From Mobula hypostoma (taxonomy: Eukaryota), in NCBI RefSeq assembly GCF_963921235.1, contig NC_086097.1, positions 156,800,001 to 156,864,000 of the forward strand: a DNA stretch of 64,000 bases, given 5' to 3'. Both the position numbers and the translations under genes were made by a program. Under the pieces are notes generated by a model. It did not search any database and was not told where the DNA came from. It saw only the letters and a list, made by a program, of their open reading frames with translations. Positions 1 through 14,017 of the stretch are shown here, one piece after another (the stretch's first letter is position 1; every line of letters starts with the position of its first letter).

Positions 1-20
1 GCTTGTCAGTTATAGATATT

Positions 21-175
21 CAAGCAAGACACATAAAGTGCTGGTGGAACGTAGCAGACCAGACAGCATCCATAGGAAGAAACACAGTCGACGTTTCGGG
101 CCGAGACCCTGCGTTCCACCAGAATTTTGTGTGTGTTGCTTGAATTTCCAGCATCTGCAGATTTCCTCGTGTTTG
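21..175. mobile_element. Penelope-derived mini-insertion with inverted (fold-back) terminal repeat
   Basis: Arms caagcaagacacataaagtgctggtggaacg / cgttccaccagaattttgtgtgtgttgcttg are inverted copies. Partial hammerhead on the minus strand at 85-110. Flanking direct repeat AGTTATAGATATT (8-20) / AGTTATGGATATT (176-188). Confidence 0.8.
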
Positions 176-1619
176 AGTTATGGATATTGGCCATTTGGTA
201 AATGGTATATGTTTGAATTCCTTACTTGCAGGATCAATCACCATTCACAATGGAGATATTAAACATCAATAAAAACAAGGTGAAAACAGATGACACTTTG
301 AAGTTAGCAAAGTAATTGTCCCTTAGTTATTGAGTGTATTTCACATCCTTGCATTATTGCCATCTCATCTGCCTCTGCACCCCACAGAATTCTAAGGGGA
401 AGCTCTGAGGATTGATGACACACTGCCACAGTCCTTCTCACATCTCTCCCTGCTGTAAGCAGATTTGGCTCTGCTGGTTTCTCTTGTCTGGGTTCAACTA
501 CACACCATCACAGCATTTTCACCAGGTCTTTAACCCTTGCCTTACTGCAAGTTCCTTAACATCAATATTAAGTAATCCAACTTGAATATTTCTTTATAAA
601 TATATTGCTGAGAGGAAGAAATAAAGAATTGGTGGGAGGAGAGAAGCATTGTCATTGAATTCTATTCTTAAATTTTACAGAGTCAAGCAAATTCAGAGCA
701 TAAAATATCCCCTTTTTAATGCAAGAGATGATGATTAAAGTTATTATTAACACAATTGACATACTTGAATCTAAGGAATTTATTGTTTTTAGTATAATTG
801 TGAACGGTAGAGTTCATTGATATGAATATTGAATTGGCACAGTCCAACTTGTCTACAGCATATATGAATATGAACATTAGTCTTGAGTTTACAATAAAGG
901 GGAGGCAATTGATGTGTTGTTTAGAAAGATCTGTCCAGTTAGATACCCTCTCTTGGTCCTTCCAGATCTCCTTGTAATTTTTTTACTTTTTAAGAATTTA
1001 TCCAATACTCTTTTGGAAGCTAGTGTAGAATGTATTTCAACCATTCCTTCAATCCTTGCATACAACCCATAACATGAAATATATCCCAACAATTCTCCTC
1101 AGATTTGTTTGACAAATATCTTTAATCTACTTCGTCTGGTTACGGTGGAAGAGACTTTGTTCTTCTTCACTTTATTGTACTTATTAATTTTGAAAACATT
1201 GATGAAATCTCTCCTTAGCCTTGTAAGATAGGGATAGGTCATGAACAAAAAAAACAGCGGCAACCAGTGTTTTATGACTAATACCAAGAGTTTTTTATGT
1301 ACTAATTATAATCATAATTGATGGTAGTTCTCAGACAAATCTTAAGAATGTGTGAATCATGCTTAGCCAAATCATTCAATCCTCAGACAAAGGCCATTCA
1401 ATCATTGGTCCATTTGATTTAATTGCTTCAGTTGTAAAATATACCCTTGCCATTTAAGACCCCCTGAGTCTAACAATTAACAGCTCATGTTAGTTCAGCC
1501 ATTGCTTACTTTTATTTCCCTCGTGTAGATCATTCACATCTATTCTTCTTCCTGTAGATCTCCAGCATTACACATAATTCCATTTTTCCTTCAACTATTA
1601 ATAAAGAAAAAAGTCCTTA

Positions 1620-1795
1620 TCACAGTTCTGTCCTGTCCTGTCCATACTGCACCAACCGCCGCCACTGGGCTATAAACTTGCAGGAGCAATGTGTGGTTAA
1701 GTGCCTTACTCAAGGGCACAACATGCTGCCTTGACTGAGGCTCGAACTCGCGACCTTCAGATCACTAGTCCAATGCCTAAACCACTTGACCAAGG
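1620..1795 (-). mobile_element. tRNA-derived CORE-type SINE fragment
   Basis: Minus strand reads ...ctagtgatctgaaggtcgcgagttcgagcctcag...gcccttgagtaaggcacttaacc (B-box GTTCGA plus CORE-like motif). Homologous to 55060-55160. Confidence 0.6.
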
Positions 1796-2559
1796 TTAAG
1801 TTGATAGAATCATATCAACATATTAACTGCTATTTCTTCTTTGCTTAACTTATTTAGCCAACATGGACGATAATTTTATGGCTATACAACAAAATAAATC
1901 AAAAAGGGATAAAGGGATTTATTCAGTATTTACAGCTGTTTTTTCAAGTCTCAGAATAATGGTTATCGTTTTTCTTGTCTCTCCGTATGGCTGAATGCCC
2001 CCATTATCCCAAATGCTCTCTGCACCTTATGTAAAGCTTTGACAAAAATTCAAAAATCCAGGTCCCAGAATGAGATACGGCATTATTAAGTATGACCACT
2101 CCAGTGACGTATAAATTTCTTTAGATTTAGTTTGCCTTTCCCGTTGGCACTGGAATGAGTATCATAGATAATGAAAAGCCAGACACGATTGTGCTCTGCT
2201 CCAAATGGAACTGAGCAGACTATCTCAGTGGGAGGTGAGGTAGCAGATAGAATCGAACTTCCAAATGAACAGTCCTGAGAATGGATAAATGAAGAGTGCA
2301 TATTATATGGTAATATGGTCAAAATATCAGTAAAAGAAAGAGATCTGTTTCACATACTAAAACATCATTAAAATTATTCAGTCTTCAAAATCAGACAAAG
2401 ATTTAGTGAAAGTGAACAATGTATGTAATTTATAATTCATGACAATAGGTTATTTTTCCAACTTTTATTTAAAGGCATGGATCCAACCAATTCCCAAATG
2501 TTCACTTATTTAACTTTGGCCTGGCATTTCTGAGAATAAGCTGGTCAAGGTGATAATGA

Positions 2560-2670
2560 GAAACACACACTAAATGCTGGAGGAACTCAACATCCATGGA
2601 GAGGAATAAACAGTCAGCATTTTAGGCCAAGACCCTTCATTAGGACTGGAAAGAAAGGGAGAAGAAGCCC
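2560..2670 (-). mobile_element. Penelope-like terminal repeat fragment with degenerate hammerhead
   Basis: Reverse complement of 2611-2648 is CAGTCCTAATGAAGGGTCTTGGCCTAAAATGCTGACTG, followed by the family tail gagttcctccagcatttagtgtgtgt. Confidence 0.7.
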
Positions 2671-2935
2671 CCCTCCATCATGAGCACTAGGCTCCCCAGC
2701 ATCAAGCACATCTTCAAAAGGTGATAGCTCAAAAAGGCAGTACAGTATCTCTCATTAAGGTACCCACATCACCCAGGACATGAGCTCTTCTCATTGCTAT
2801 CATCAGGGAAAAGGTACAGGAGCCTGAAGGCACACACTCAACATTTCAGAAACAGCTTCTTCCCCCCACGACAGATTCCTAAACAGACAATGATCACATG
2901 AACACTTTCTCACTACTTTTTTCCTCTCTTTTTTA
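2670..2935 (+). mobile_element. Rex1/Babar-like LINE 3' fragment
   Basis: cacccaggacat...ctcttctcattgctatcatcagggaaaaggtacaggagcctgaag...ttcagaaacagcttcttcccc encodes the degenerate ORF2 C-terminus (HP.H.LF..L.SG.RYRSL...FRNSFFP), also seen at 30270, 49900 and 61190. Confidence 0.6.
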
Positions 2936-2949
2936 GACGGTTCTGTTTT

Positions 2950-3775
2950 AATATCACAGAATGTATATAGTATAGAAGTTAAAATTCTTACACTTCACAG
3001 ACATCCACAAGAAACAGAAGAAAACCCCAAAAGAATAAACAACAGAAAAATGTTCAAACCTCAATGTCTCTTCTCCCCCTACCATGCACAAGCAGCAGCA
3101 AACCATCAACCTCCCCCTCCCCACACCCATTTCAGTGCCCATCATCCACCAAGCAACAGCAAAGCCCCCAAAGAGACCATGATCTGCAGTCAACAAAAAC
3201 TATTGTTTACTCGACAGTGCAACATGTCACAGTCTCTCTCTCACTAACATTGGACAAAGAGCTGTCACTCATTTCACAGCAAAAGAGGAGACAAACAAAT
3301 AGTTGCTGTAACAATGTTGCTGCCACATTGCTTTTTATTCTGAGATTCTCTGACTCGAGAATCGGGAGCAAACTTTCCCCACCATTAAGAGACAGAGAAA
3401 GAGAGAGAGCGATCACTTGACCTCAGAGACCTTCATCCGCAGCATCTGCCTCCACAAAATCCTGATGTTCCTTCTCCTATCGGTGGCACTGGCATGGAAT
3501 CAGTCATCCGCAGAGCCACACAGGGCTGCACCCCGGAGGCACGTATCTTTCAGGCCACTCCTGGAGTATATCGAAAAATGGCCGGTCGCTGAGCTCCAGA
3601 AGCGGCGACTCATCCAGCATGAAAAACTGCAGTTTGAGTGCTGTTGCAGATCATGGGCTTTGACAGCACCACAGCAATCTTGAAAAGGAAAAAAGAGATG
3701 TTAAAGAGAGGAATTCAATCTGTTTCCACAGATGAGCTCAAAGAAGCAGCCATTTAGCGCATCTTAGCTCCACCC
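2950..3775 (-). mobile_element. Non-autonomous retroposon (noncoding GC-rich 5' part, T-rich 3' part), unclassified
   Basis: CpG-richer block inserted in the Rex1 3' UTR. The minus strand begins ...gctaagatgcgctaaatggctgc; the architecture resembles 16220, 29130, 36863 and 47270. Confidence 0.4.
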
Positions 3776-3959
3776 ACTGTTTATTTGCACTGCTTATGTA
3801 ATTTATTTTTTATATTTACTTATTCTAATTTATAGTTTTTATTATTATGTATTGCAATGTATTGCTGCTGAATATTGCAGGACATTGTAATCATTGTAAT
3901 GCAAAAAACTGAATTTATATATATATATATATAAAATACATATATACAATTAAAAGATA

Positions 3960-4490
3960 CTGTCTGCCTATTCTCCTACTCTATCTATGCCTCTATCTAT
4001 AAACCTCTATCAGATCTTCTCTCAGCCTCTGCCACTCCAGAAAAAAACATCCCAAGTTTGTCCAATCTCTTGTTGTAGCACATGCCCTCCTAATCCAGGC
4101 AGTATCCCGGTAAACCTCTTCTCCAAAGGCTCAACATGCTTCCCATAATGGGGCAACCATAAATATATGCAACACTCCAGACATGGCCTAACTACAATTT
4201 TATAAAGCTGCAACATATCTTCCTGACATTTGAACTGAATGCCTCAACTAATAAAGGCAAGCACGCCATTTGCCTTTTTAACCATCCTATCAACCTGTGT
4301 AGCACTTTCAGGGAGCTATGAACTTGGATCACAAAATCCCTCTGCTTATCAATACTGTTAGGGGTCTTGTCCTTATCAGTGTACCATCTCTTTACATTTG
4401 GCCTACCAAAGTGCAACACTTCACATTTGACCTGGTTAAACTCCATCTGCCATTTATTTGTCCTTATTTGCAAACGATCTATATCAAACT
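3960..4490 (-). mobile_element. CR1 LINE ORF2 3' fragment (pseudogenised)
   Basis: Track peptides KWQMEFNQVKCEVLHFG and MLQLYKIVVRPCLEC...W.PHY are typical of the CR1 RT C-terminal region. Confidence 0.85.
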
Positions 4491-6089
4491 GAAAAGGCAG
4501 TTAGCTTGAAAATGCAGGGGTTAAATGGGGTCAAGGGTTCTCTCTAATATTCCGCAAATCTAGAGTGATAAATTGTATTGGCTTGCTAAGTCAACCATGA
4601 TTATTCCTTCTCAATGGATGTAAGTTAGCATTCCGAACAGAAGGCAGAATTAGAGCTGATTTGTCTCAAAGTGAACAACTTAGACAAAAGGACACAGTGG
4701 GGTCCAGACTCATGCTGGGAGAGAGACGTCAGACAAGCTCATCAAGCAAACTTTCAATAACGTGATATCAGATTATGGGCATACAACCTCAATATTACAG
4801 CACATTACATGATTTATATATTAATTCTATTCATTGCTCTAGACCTTAAAGGTAAAAATGTTGTAATATATCTCATTCAGATTCAGTAAAACTACATGTT
4901 AAGAAAACAAATATAATAATCACAATGATATTGATCACTGGAGTCCGTTGAGTTTTCTTACTGTCTGTCCACCAAACCAATCTTCACCACTATTCATAAC
5001 ACAAACTACCCTTCCCATGGAATGTCTATGTTTGCTGACCAGCTACGAATATAGAACAAGAACCTTTATCCTACTCAGCTTAGGATTTTATTCACTATTG
5101 GTTCAGAATCTCTAAAATCACAAGTGCAGGTGAATGTGTTGCGTTAGGTTAGTATCATGATTAGCACAGGCATGGTGAAGCAAAGGGCCTGTTCCTGTGT
5201 TGCATGCCTTATAGTCCATGTAGTTCCACATGACTCAATTTTGCACACCACCTCTTTAGATGAGGTTATCAAATTACTTCTGAAAGATCATGGGCACATC
5301 AATTTCATTATTCCAACAAAACTTCTTTAGTAGTTTTCCCAAATATCTAAATCAAATTAGTCAACCAAACTTTACCTTTAATAAATACACACTGGCCCTA
5401 TTATACTCACCCTGCTTTTCTATGTGAATTCTATTTCTAGAACATGACTGGTACTGGCTAGAGCAACATTTATTATCCATCCCTTTGATCCTTAAGGAAG
5501 TAGTGTAGGCTGGCTTCTCAAACAATTAATGTCCTTCTGTGGGAGGTCCTCCCACAAAGTTATACCATCATTGGATGAAGTTCTTACATTTAAATCTAGT
5601 GACAATACATTTTGAAATCAGGTTGCTCTGCATCTTGGAGGGGAATCTTTATTTGACCATGCACCTACTACCTTTGTCTTTCTTGCTGGTAAAAGCCATA
5701 AGGAAGAACTTTAGATTATGAACTGTTTTCACTTTCCCTGCCATCATCAATGTAAGATCCAACCCAATTTAACCACATGGAAGCATTAACCTTATTGTGC
5801 TTCCTCATAATGAGCCCCAATAGTTTCCCTTAAGATTCCGATTAGCTAACAATTGAATTTCTCCAGCTACGTTGATTGTGTTTGGACTCATGCTCTCAGA
5901 TCAATAGTCCAGTCCTTGAGATACCAGTACAATGAGTTAAACCCTATTTTAGATCTGCCCAAAGCTGGTCTGAAGTTATACAGTAGCAGAACTTTCATCT
6001 TAATGAATGTGTATAAATGTCAACTATTATCTATATTTTTCTATGCTGGTCTCATTTTATCCTTCCCACATTTACATCAGTTCTTCCAG

Positions 6090-6310
6090 ATTTTATCAGT
6101 GACCCTCACCCCAGGAGCAATTTATAGTAGGCAATTAATTTACCAATCCTCAAGAGTATGGGATGTGGAATGAGAGTATATCACCCCAGGGAAATCCACT
6201 CAGTCATAGGGAGAACATACAAGCTCCACAAAGATAGCATTAGGGGTCAGTAATGAACTCAGATTGCTGAAGCTTTGTGCAGTAGCTCTGTTAGTTGTGC
6301 CTCTGTGACA
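6090..6310 (-). mobile_element. tRNA-derived V/HE1-type SINE, degenerate
   Basis: gggaaatccactcagtcatagggagaacatacaagctccacaaagatagc motif, shared with 24560-24620 and 50900-50970. Confidence 0.55.
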
Positions 6311-7549
6311 CTTACTGATATTGTAAGTGCTGACGAGGTAATGAACTGATCAGTTTTTGGAACATTACAATGACTTCTTGTCAGTGGAGTGGCTCTAGGT
6401 GTCTAAAAATCTAATCTGAGCTGAAGAGAAAATGGAAGCTGAAGGCAAAATAAAAATGAGTTGCCTTTCTATCAATCCTACATTTCTTGAACTGATCATA
6501 TGTTACATTTTATGTCAGGATAAAGCAAATAAATGATAATTACTGAAGCACAAAAATGTGAATTCTGTGAGGGTCATCTTGGCGCCAATTTTACATCTGG
6601 AACTGAGGGTCAGAGTTTTGGGTTTAAGCTACAACCTAACAGCTTGACTTTATGTTCTAGGCTGATATTTCAATACAACAATGAGAGAATGTTATACCCT
6701 CCAATTTTGGAAAAGTCCCCTCAGGTAGATGCATAAGATAATATAGTACTTTTTAAATGGAGCCCCCAAAGTTCTATCGTTATCTGTCCGCGTGACAGTT
6801 TAATCTTTCAGTAGTATTGAATAAATGAAGATTCCTTGCTCCAGGCTCAATATAAATCTTTATATATCTACTCAAACATAAATGTTATTACCAGTTTTAA
6901 GCAGTGCTACAAAACAATACTGTTACTCCCAATTTCAAGGGATTCAATAAAAAAAATGTTATTATCACCACAATAACATGAAAATGTTACTTTTAATGCA
7001 ATAAAACCTAAACATTACTAGCAATTACTATACAATACACTAAAACATAATTATTACTACAGACCCTCTAAACCTAAGAAGCCTCTTTCTCCAACCAAAG
7101 TTATATTACAAAAATTCCACCTAGCTTCACTTACACTCTATTTTGTTTGTCTGTACATCTTACAATATTATTTTTTTGTTTTGCAAACATTTACAGAACC
7201 ACTGTTTGCTGGAGGCAAATTTAGCCTAAATTTTATTTTACACCATCTATTAAATATTCAATATCTCTGAAAGTAAGTTGATTTCTATGAATATTTGCAT
7301 GCCCAAGACTTCAGAAGATGTTAACTAGTTGTGTAGTTCTTGAAACAGTTTAGACTAAATGTTTTATTTTACCTCTTAGCTTGCAATTGTCCCTAAATTC
7401 CATTCATTCAGCTGTTACTTTGGAGCCACTTTCACTCCCATGAGAACATGTATTTGAGTTGAAAATGCAATAACAAGATAAAGTGGTAAGGGATTTAGCA
7501 AACTGCAACAAGATAAAGAAGTAAACATTAATGGAAAGATATTGAGTGT

Positions 7550-9000
7550 TTTTTTGATTCATTTACAGAATATGGGCATCACCAGCTCAGCCCGCATTTA
7601 TCACCCATCCCTAGTTGTCCTTGAGAAGCTGGTGATGAGCTGCCTTTTTGAACCGCTGAAATCCTTGACGAGTAAGTATACCCACAGTACTGTTAGGGAG
7701 GGAATTAGATGATTTTCACCCAGCGACCATGACCAAGTCAGGATGGTGAGTGACTTGGAGGGGGATTTCCAAGTGGTGGTGTTCCCAGGTATCTGCTGTT
7801 CTCATCCTTCTAGATGGTAGTGGTTGTGGGTCTGGAAGGTGCTGCCTTAGGAAGTTTGGTGTGTTGTTGCAGAGCATCTTGTAGATAGTACACACTGCTG
7901 CAACTGTTTGCCAATGGTGGAGGGATTGGATGCTTGTGGAAGGGGTACCAATCAAGTGGACTGCTTTGTACTGGAAGGTGTCAAGCTTCTCGAGTGTTGA
8001 TGGAGCTGCACTCATCCAGGCGAGCGGTGGGTATTCCATTACACGACTGACCAGAGCCTTGTAGATGATGGACAGGCTTTGGGGAGTCAGGAGGTGAGTT
8101 ACACGTTGTAGGATTCCTAGTCTTTGACCTGCTCTAGTAGCCACGGTGTTTATATGGCTAGATCAATTCAGTTTCTAGTCAATGGTAACCCCCGGTCCGT
8201 TGACAGTAGGGGATTCAGCGATGGTGATGCCACTGAACATCAAGGGACGATGGTTAGAGCCTATCTTGTTGGAGGTGGACATTGCCTGACACTTGCGTGG
8301 CTTGAATGTTACTTGCCACTTGTCAGCCCAAGCCTGGATATTATCCAGGTCCTGCTGCATTTGGGTGTGAACTGCTTCACTATCAGAGGAGTCACAAATG
8401 GTGCAAAACATTGTGCAGTCATCTGCGAACATCCCATTTCTGACCATACGATGGAAGGAAGGTCATTGATGAAGCAGGTGAAGATGGTTGGTCCTGGGAC
8501 ACTCCCCTGAGGAACTCCTGCAGTGATGTCCTGAGCATGAGATGATTGACCTCCAACCACCGCAAACATCTTCCTTTGTGCCAGGTATGATTCCAACTAG
8601 CAGAGGGTTTTCCCCTTAATTCCCATTGACTCCATTTTAGCTAGGGCACCTTGATGCCATACTCAGTCAAATGCTGCCTTGATGTCGAGGGCTATCACTC
8701 TCACCTCATCTCTGGAATTTAGCTCTTTGGTCCATGTTTGGACCAAGGAGGTGATGAGGTCAGGGGCTGAGTGGCCTTGACGGAACCTAAACTGGGCATT
8801 TGTAAGCAGGTTATTGCTGAGTAGGTGTTACATGACAGCACTGTTGATGACCCTTCGATTACATTGCTGATGATTGAGGGTACACAGATAAGGTAGTAAT
8901 TGGCTGGGTTAGACTTGTCCTGTTTCTTGTGTACAGGACATACTTGGACAACTTTCCACATTGCTGGGTAGATGCCAGTGTTGTAGCTGTACTGGAACAG
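7550..9000 (-). mobile_element. CR1/L2-superfamily LINE, 5'-truncated, frameshifted RT
   Basis: HKKQDKSNPANY, GVPQGSVPGPTIFTCFINDLP, MFADDCT, WADKWQVTFKPRKCQ and IYKALVSRVMEY across several frames, then a 3' UTR. Confidence 0.9.
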
Positions 9001-12000
9001 TAAGAAGTAAGAAAAGGACCTCGGAGATTACTGCATATGTACAGATTTTCAATTATAAGCAACAATCACTCTGCTGAAGGAACTTAACAGCTGCAGCAGC
9101 ATCTGTAGGTAAAAAAAAATTATTGATGTTTCTACAGCAGATTGTTGCTCCAGCTTTCAGTACCTGCAGTCTCATGTGTCTCCAGACTTGTCAATAATGT
9201 AAGTAAAAAGACACACAGGGCTGTTTCTTCCACTAGTCCATGTAGAGAGGTTATAGTAGAACTAGTAAAACTATGGCGTAAGTCTGCTCAGAATTCTTGT
9301 CACTGCATTACTGAAAAGTTGTGACTGCATTGGAGATTAATAACAATATAGCCAAGATTGGCATATAAATAAGCTACATTAATTTTCTTTGGATTGCATG
9401 ACAAATGGAGGCAATTAACACGTTTAAAACTATGACGTGACTGGAAAGATCCATTTGAGTTAAGTAGCTTCCACTTCCCTAGTTTAAAAAAATAAGAGCC
9501 AGGAAACAAGTTACGAGGGAGGATTTGAGGGGTATTTATTGTTGTTGCATGAACGAAATTGCCAGAGAAAGGCCCTGGTAGATACAAAGCAACTTCTTTA
9601 TTCAACAAAACAAGGTATAGCTACAGCAGGACAATCCATATTTACAAAGTATAGACAATGATTTCTTTTGAAACTACATACAAACTTCACACCTTCTCAT
9701 TCGCATCCATCCCACAGATGCCAGCGGTGTCTGGACTGGGATCCACAGCTTTTAGGGATGCATTGTTACAAATTAAATCCAGAATACATTATCAAGGGTC
9801 AGAAGACTGGTAGCCAAAGCCATTTGCCAAATGTAAATTACTTGAACCCAAAAATCACTTTAACATTGACAAAAAGTATTTTACACCCTAGGTCTTATCG
9901 ATTTGGAACTTATTTAGAAGAGCGGTAAAGGCTGAAATGCTCTTCACATTGAAAAAAAACTAGGATGGTACTTGAAGAATGATGATCTGTAGAACCGCAC
10001 ACTTAGTGCTACAACATGGAAGAAGGTTGGATAGTACATACACAAGGCAATTAGCTTGTTCTAGTTCTCAAATGCTCTATGGTCCATGAATTAACTATTT
10101 CTTTATTTGCACAAAGGTAGATCCCTAATAAATCTCTGTTAGATATATTCAGGAAAAGGGATTATTTTCAGGTAACAACTAATAAATTTCACATGTCACA
10201 CTTGGTAGAAATTAAACAAAAATTTAGAGTGAAAACAAAAATTGCTGGAAACTTTCAGCAGATCAGGCAGTATCTGTTGAAGGGACAGGTGAAGTCATGT
10301 AGCAATTGTGAAAGAGAAAGAGAGATGCTGCATGACATGAATTGATCCCTCCATGTAAACTGCCTGACTACTGAGTGTTTATAGCGTTTTCTGTTTTGTT
10401 TTCTGATTTTCAAGTATCTTATTTTATTTATCTCTGCTTTTCAGAATCAGATCCATGCTGCAAAAAGGCAACAGATCATAAAATAAGATATTTTGAAGAG
10501 CTTTGTATTCTCCCAATGGTGCTGGATTTCAGAATAAACTGTTTTGACAGGATATCACTTTAAAAAAATAACATGCATCAAATGCACAACCATTCACAAA
10601 GGAAATGCTCAGCATATCTATTTTATTCCCAGTTGTACAGGATAAGGGGTTGTTTTGAACAGAACTTAACCACATTGTGCTGAATTTCACTCCATAGTGA
10701 AACACTCTGCTTTGATCCCTTCCAAAGAGCAAATCTGGCAACAAATTAAACTCCTCTGGAAGGAAAGAGAAAGCATAAATCACAGATATGTGTTAATTTT
10801 TTAAAAAAAGTCTAATCTGTGGAATGGTGTTTAAAAAAATCAAGCTGGCAGTTTAGGGACAAAGTTATGCAGCACTTATATTTAAAATGCAGCCTGGAGA
10901 AGGTCTACAGTACCATATGTGCCTGTCTCAAGGGCCTTCCATTGTGTTAAAACACCTGCCATTTGCATCCACTGAATTATGCTGTTTAGTCACTATATCT
11001 TCAAAAACAAACCAGAGATAAAGGTAAAATGTCATTGTATCGAAGTGTGTTGCCTGATTATACAAACAAAGTGGACTGCTTTTATTCTCTTTTCAAACTT
11101 CAAAGGGCACATTAACATTTCGGGCACCATTGGACTCACTGGCATTATTTTCCCATTACAATTGAACAATACATCAAAATTGAACAACAGTACTTGGGAA
11201 TCTGCGAGGTGCCCTTTTTTTCTGTCTTTTCATTTCACAATCACTAAATAAATGAGAAAATAATAGAATTAAGTAGAACCAGCTAAACATTTTATCAGTT
11301 TTATTTTAATTCTTTCCACTGTAGCTTTTCTTTTTGGTGCTTTCAAGGCTATCTAGGTGGCACTCATAGTACAGAACTCAATTTTGTGCATTCTCTTACA
11401 TCTTTCAGGAGAAAGGAATTGGTCATTAACTCATAATTCAAATACTCAAATTCCTTATTTATTGAAACAAATTTAAAGAATTAATATAACCTTTTGCAGT
11501 AGATGTTAATTGTTAGAAACATTAGATGTGAATAATTTAAATCTCACCACTTTATGAAGGTGATGGAACTGAATGTGGCCTTCATTCAGTGTGCCTGATA
11601 ATTTAAAGCCAGGATGCACAAATGCTTTTCAATATTCAAGAGTCAATGTCTTTTCTATTTAATAGCAGCCTGGATGGTGAGGATAAGCTGCTGTGAAATG
11701 TTTATTAAAATACCTTTCAAAGGAGTAACGCAGCAATGAAGCCCAGCCCCATGGATTTGCACAGGTGAAATCTGACAAGCTTTCTGCATTAGATTTCTGT
11801 TCAGACACATGTGTGGAAAGTACTTGTAAGCATTTTCTTTCCTTTTGTTCTTTTTGCCACTTTTGGACAACAGAGAGAATTTCAGAGTCTAGGATGTAAA
11901 GAAATAAAAATTGCAGTTATAAATCTCTAGATTAATGGAATAGTTCTGTTTTTCAGTTATAGGTTTTTACTGATCTTTATTTCTTTCAGTCATTTTGCAA

Positions 12001-12154
12001 TCATATGAATATGTAAAATTGTAGCGTGGGAGCAGTACATTTTCCCACTCAGTCGATATCAGTAATTATTAAGGAGTGAATTGCATTAAGACCTTTCCAC
12101 ACCCTATTCCATGTGTTCTTCAGCTCCTCGCTTTTACTGCAATTTAACCAAGGT

Positions 12155-12745
12155 TCCTTAAAGGTTGTCATAGCTGGGGGAGGTAGTGCAGATACATTCC
12201 CTCTGCCTATTAAATGCTCCCAATGGCATGCATCTCTAATAGTCTCTGAAAATCCAGTCCAGCTCTTGACCTTCACTTGTGGCTTAGCTACTAAGCTCAA
12301 CAGTTTCTACTGAAAGGAGAAGGGGCAAAGGTGGCTTACTGGTACCTTAAAACTAGTGGCTTCAGGCAGATGGGGCTCATCAGTTGTGGTGGACAGGTCA
12401 ACTAGGAGAAGGAAAACACGGATCTCAAACCTCTGTTGCCTTGCAGCTATACCACCTCATGAAGAAGGCTTCAGGAATAAGCCCCGAGGAAAAATGTGGA
12501 TCTGGAGTCCCTAATGCAGTCCTATGTTGAATTTATTACTGACTGGCAACACCTGCAGTGCTGCTGCTGCTGCCGAACTCCACCGGTCTCTGCCACTCTT
12601 TTGGTTTCATCAGCTGCATGTGGAGGGGAGCCTGCTGCATGGGCAACAGTTTGCTCTCCACATCGTACTGTTGAGTATTGGTTTGTGTATTATGTAGACA
12701 GCTAGGATACAACATCCATCGTCAAACCTGACCAACGAAGGGCAT
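12155..12745 (+). repeat. ~0.58-kb interspersed non-coding repeat, copy 1 (possible RTE-related non-autonomous element)
   Basis: Colinear with 54400-54968 (cctattaaatg.tcccaatgg, tgtggcttagctactaagc, ggagaaggggcaaagg, ggagaaggaaa...gatctcaaacctc, gactggcaac, tagacagctagga). Confidence 0.7.
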
Positions 12746-13284
12746 CACAGCCTTTATTTTAGTGCCAGCCACTTACACTGAAGATACTTCCTGTGGCCTC
12801 TGTGTGATAATGTTTAATCTGCTCTTTTGCACTAGATCACTTCCATTTAATCTTGCACATCTTTCACTCATGCGTGCACTCTATCAGAAACCAAGCACTT
12901 TTAAATTGAATATCTGACAGCATCTGGGTATGGTAAACTTCATTTGGAACTGGGATTTGCTAGTGATGTAAAAGGTTTTAAACAAGGTCAGGAAATATGG
13001 GAGGAAACCCTGTCATTTGATGTAGGTCAGGAGTGTTTCTATCGACGGTGGTATTCAGCTCTATTGATCGAAAAATTGAAACAGTTTGCAAGTTCATAGA
13101 GTTTGAAGGGCCATTGTTTGAGATGTTAATAGTAGCACTTGTTTTGTTTAAGAGTCCCCTACAGGAAAATTTATTGGTGCCTGTGGCCCAGTCTTTCAGT
13201 AGTGTGCTAACAAGGTTTTATGCAATGAAAGGCTTTTACATGCAGTTTTCTGTCAGAAAACTCTGGTTACTGATCCCCATAAGA

Positions 13285-13380
13285 ATCCGGATGAAGGTTC
13301 CTGGCCCAAAATATAGACTGTTCACTCTTTTCCCATAGATGCTGCCGGCCTACTGAGTTCCTCCTGTATTTTGTGTGTGA
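13285..13380 (+). mobile_element. Penelope-like terminal repeat with degenerate hammerhead
   Basis: ccggatgaaggttcctggcccaaaatatagactg...gatgctgccggcctactgagttcctcc matches the family consensus. Confidence 0.7.
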
Positions 13381-14017
13381 TCTCCATCGTTGCCATGTTC
13401 ACAAGTTTGTGCATTCGCAAGGCTTTAAGAAAACAAATAACCTTCAGAAATGGATGAAACTTGCCCCACCTTTTTATCAGATGATAATGAGAAAAACTGT
13501 TCTTGAAGTCATGTAGTATTGAGTTTCAAACTTAAAAGATGGAAGAATAAGAAAGATAAACAACTTCCTGTTTTATGGGTTTTGTTTACAAAAATAAAAC
13601 AGTAAGAAAATAAAATGGTCACACAGATAGCTTTGACTCCAGCATTTGGCACTCAAGCACAAACTTGGCAGATATTGCAAGATACTGGTGCGTTTCTGCG
13701 TGGGAACAATAATGCTGATGAAAATGAACAGAGGTCTTTCCTAATTAGCCTCTTTGGAGCTTGTACAGATAGTTTAATGAGAAGCTTGCTGAGACTAGAG
13801 AAATTCTAAATTTAAAGAAGTAAGGAAATTGCGGATTACCTGAAGCACTCCAATCATCAAGGTGGATTATGCAAGATTTGCCAGCGAATCCTGCTGTTCC
13901 ACCTGATATTGTACTCAGTGGACAGCAGCGAAACACAGTTTCAAAGCAAATACAACATCCCTTCAGAACATTAATCAAAAATTATTACCACTGTAGAGGG
14001 AGATGCATATTCATTAC

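Noticed and set aside
10529..10783. Minus-strand ORF behind a good polypyrimidine/AG acceptor
   Set aside because: No convincing donor, and the peptide resembles nothing I recognise.
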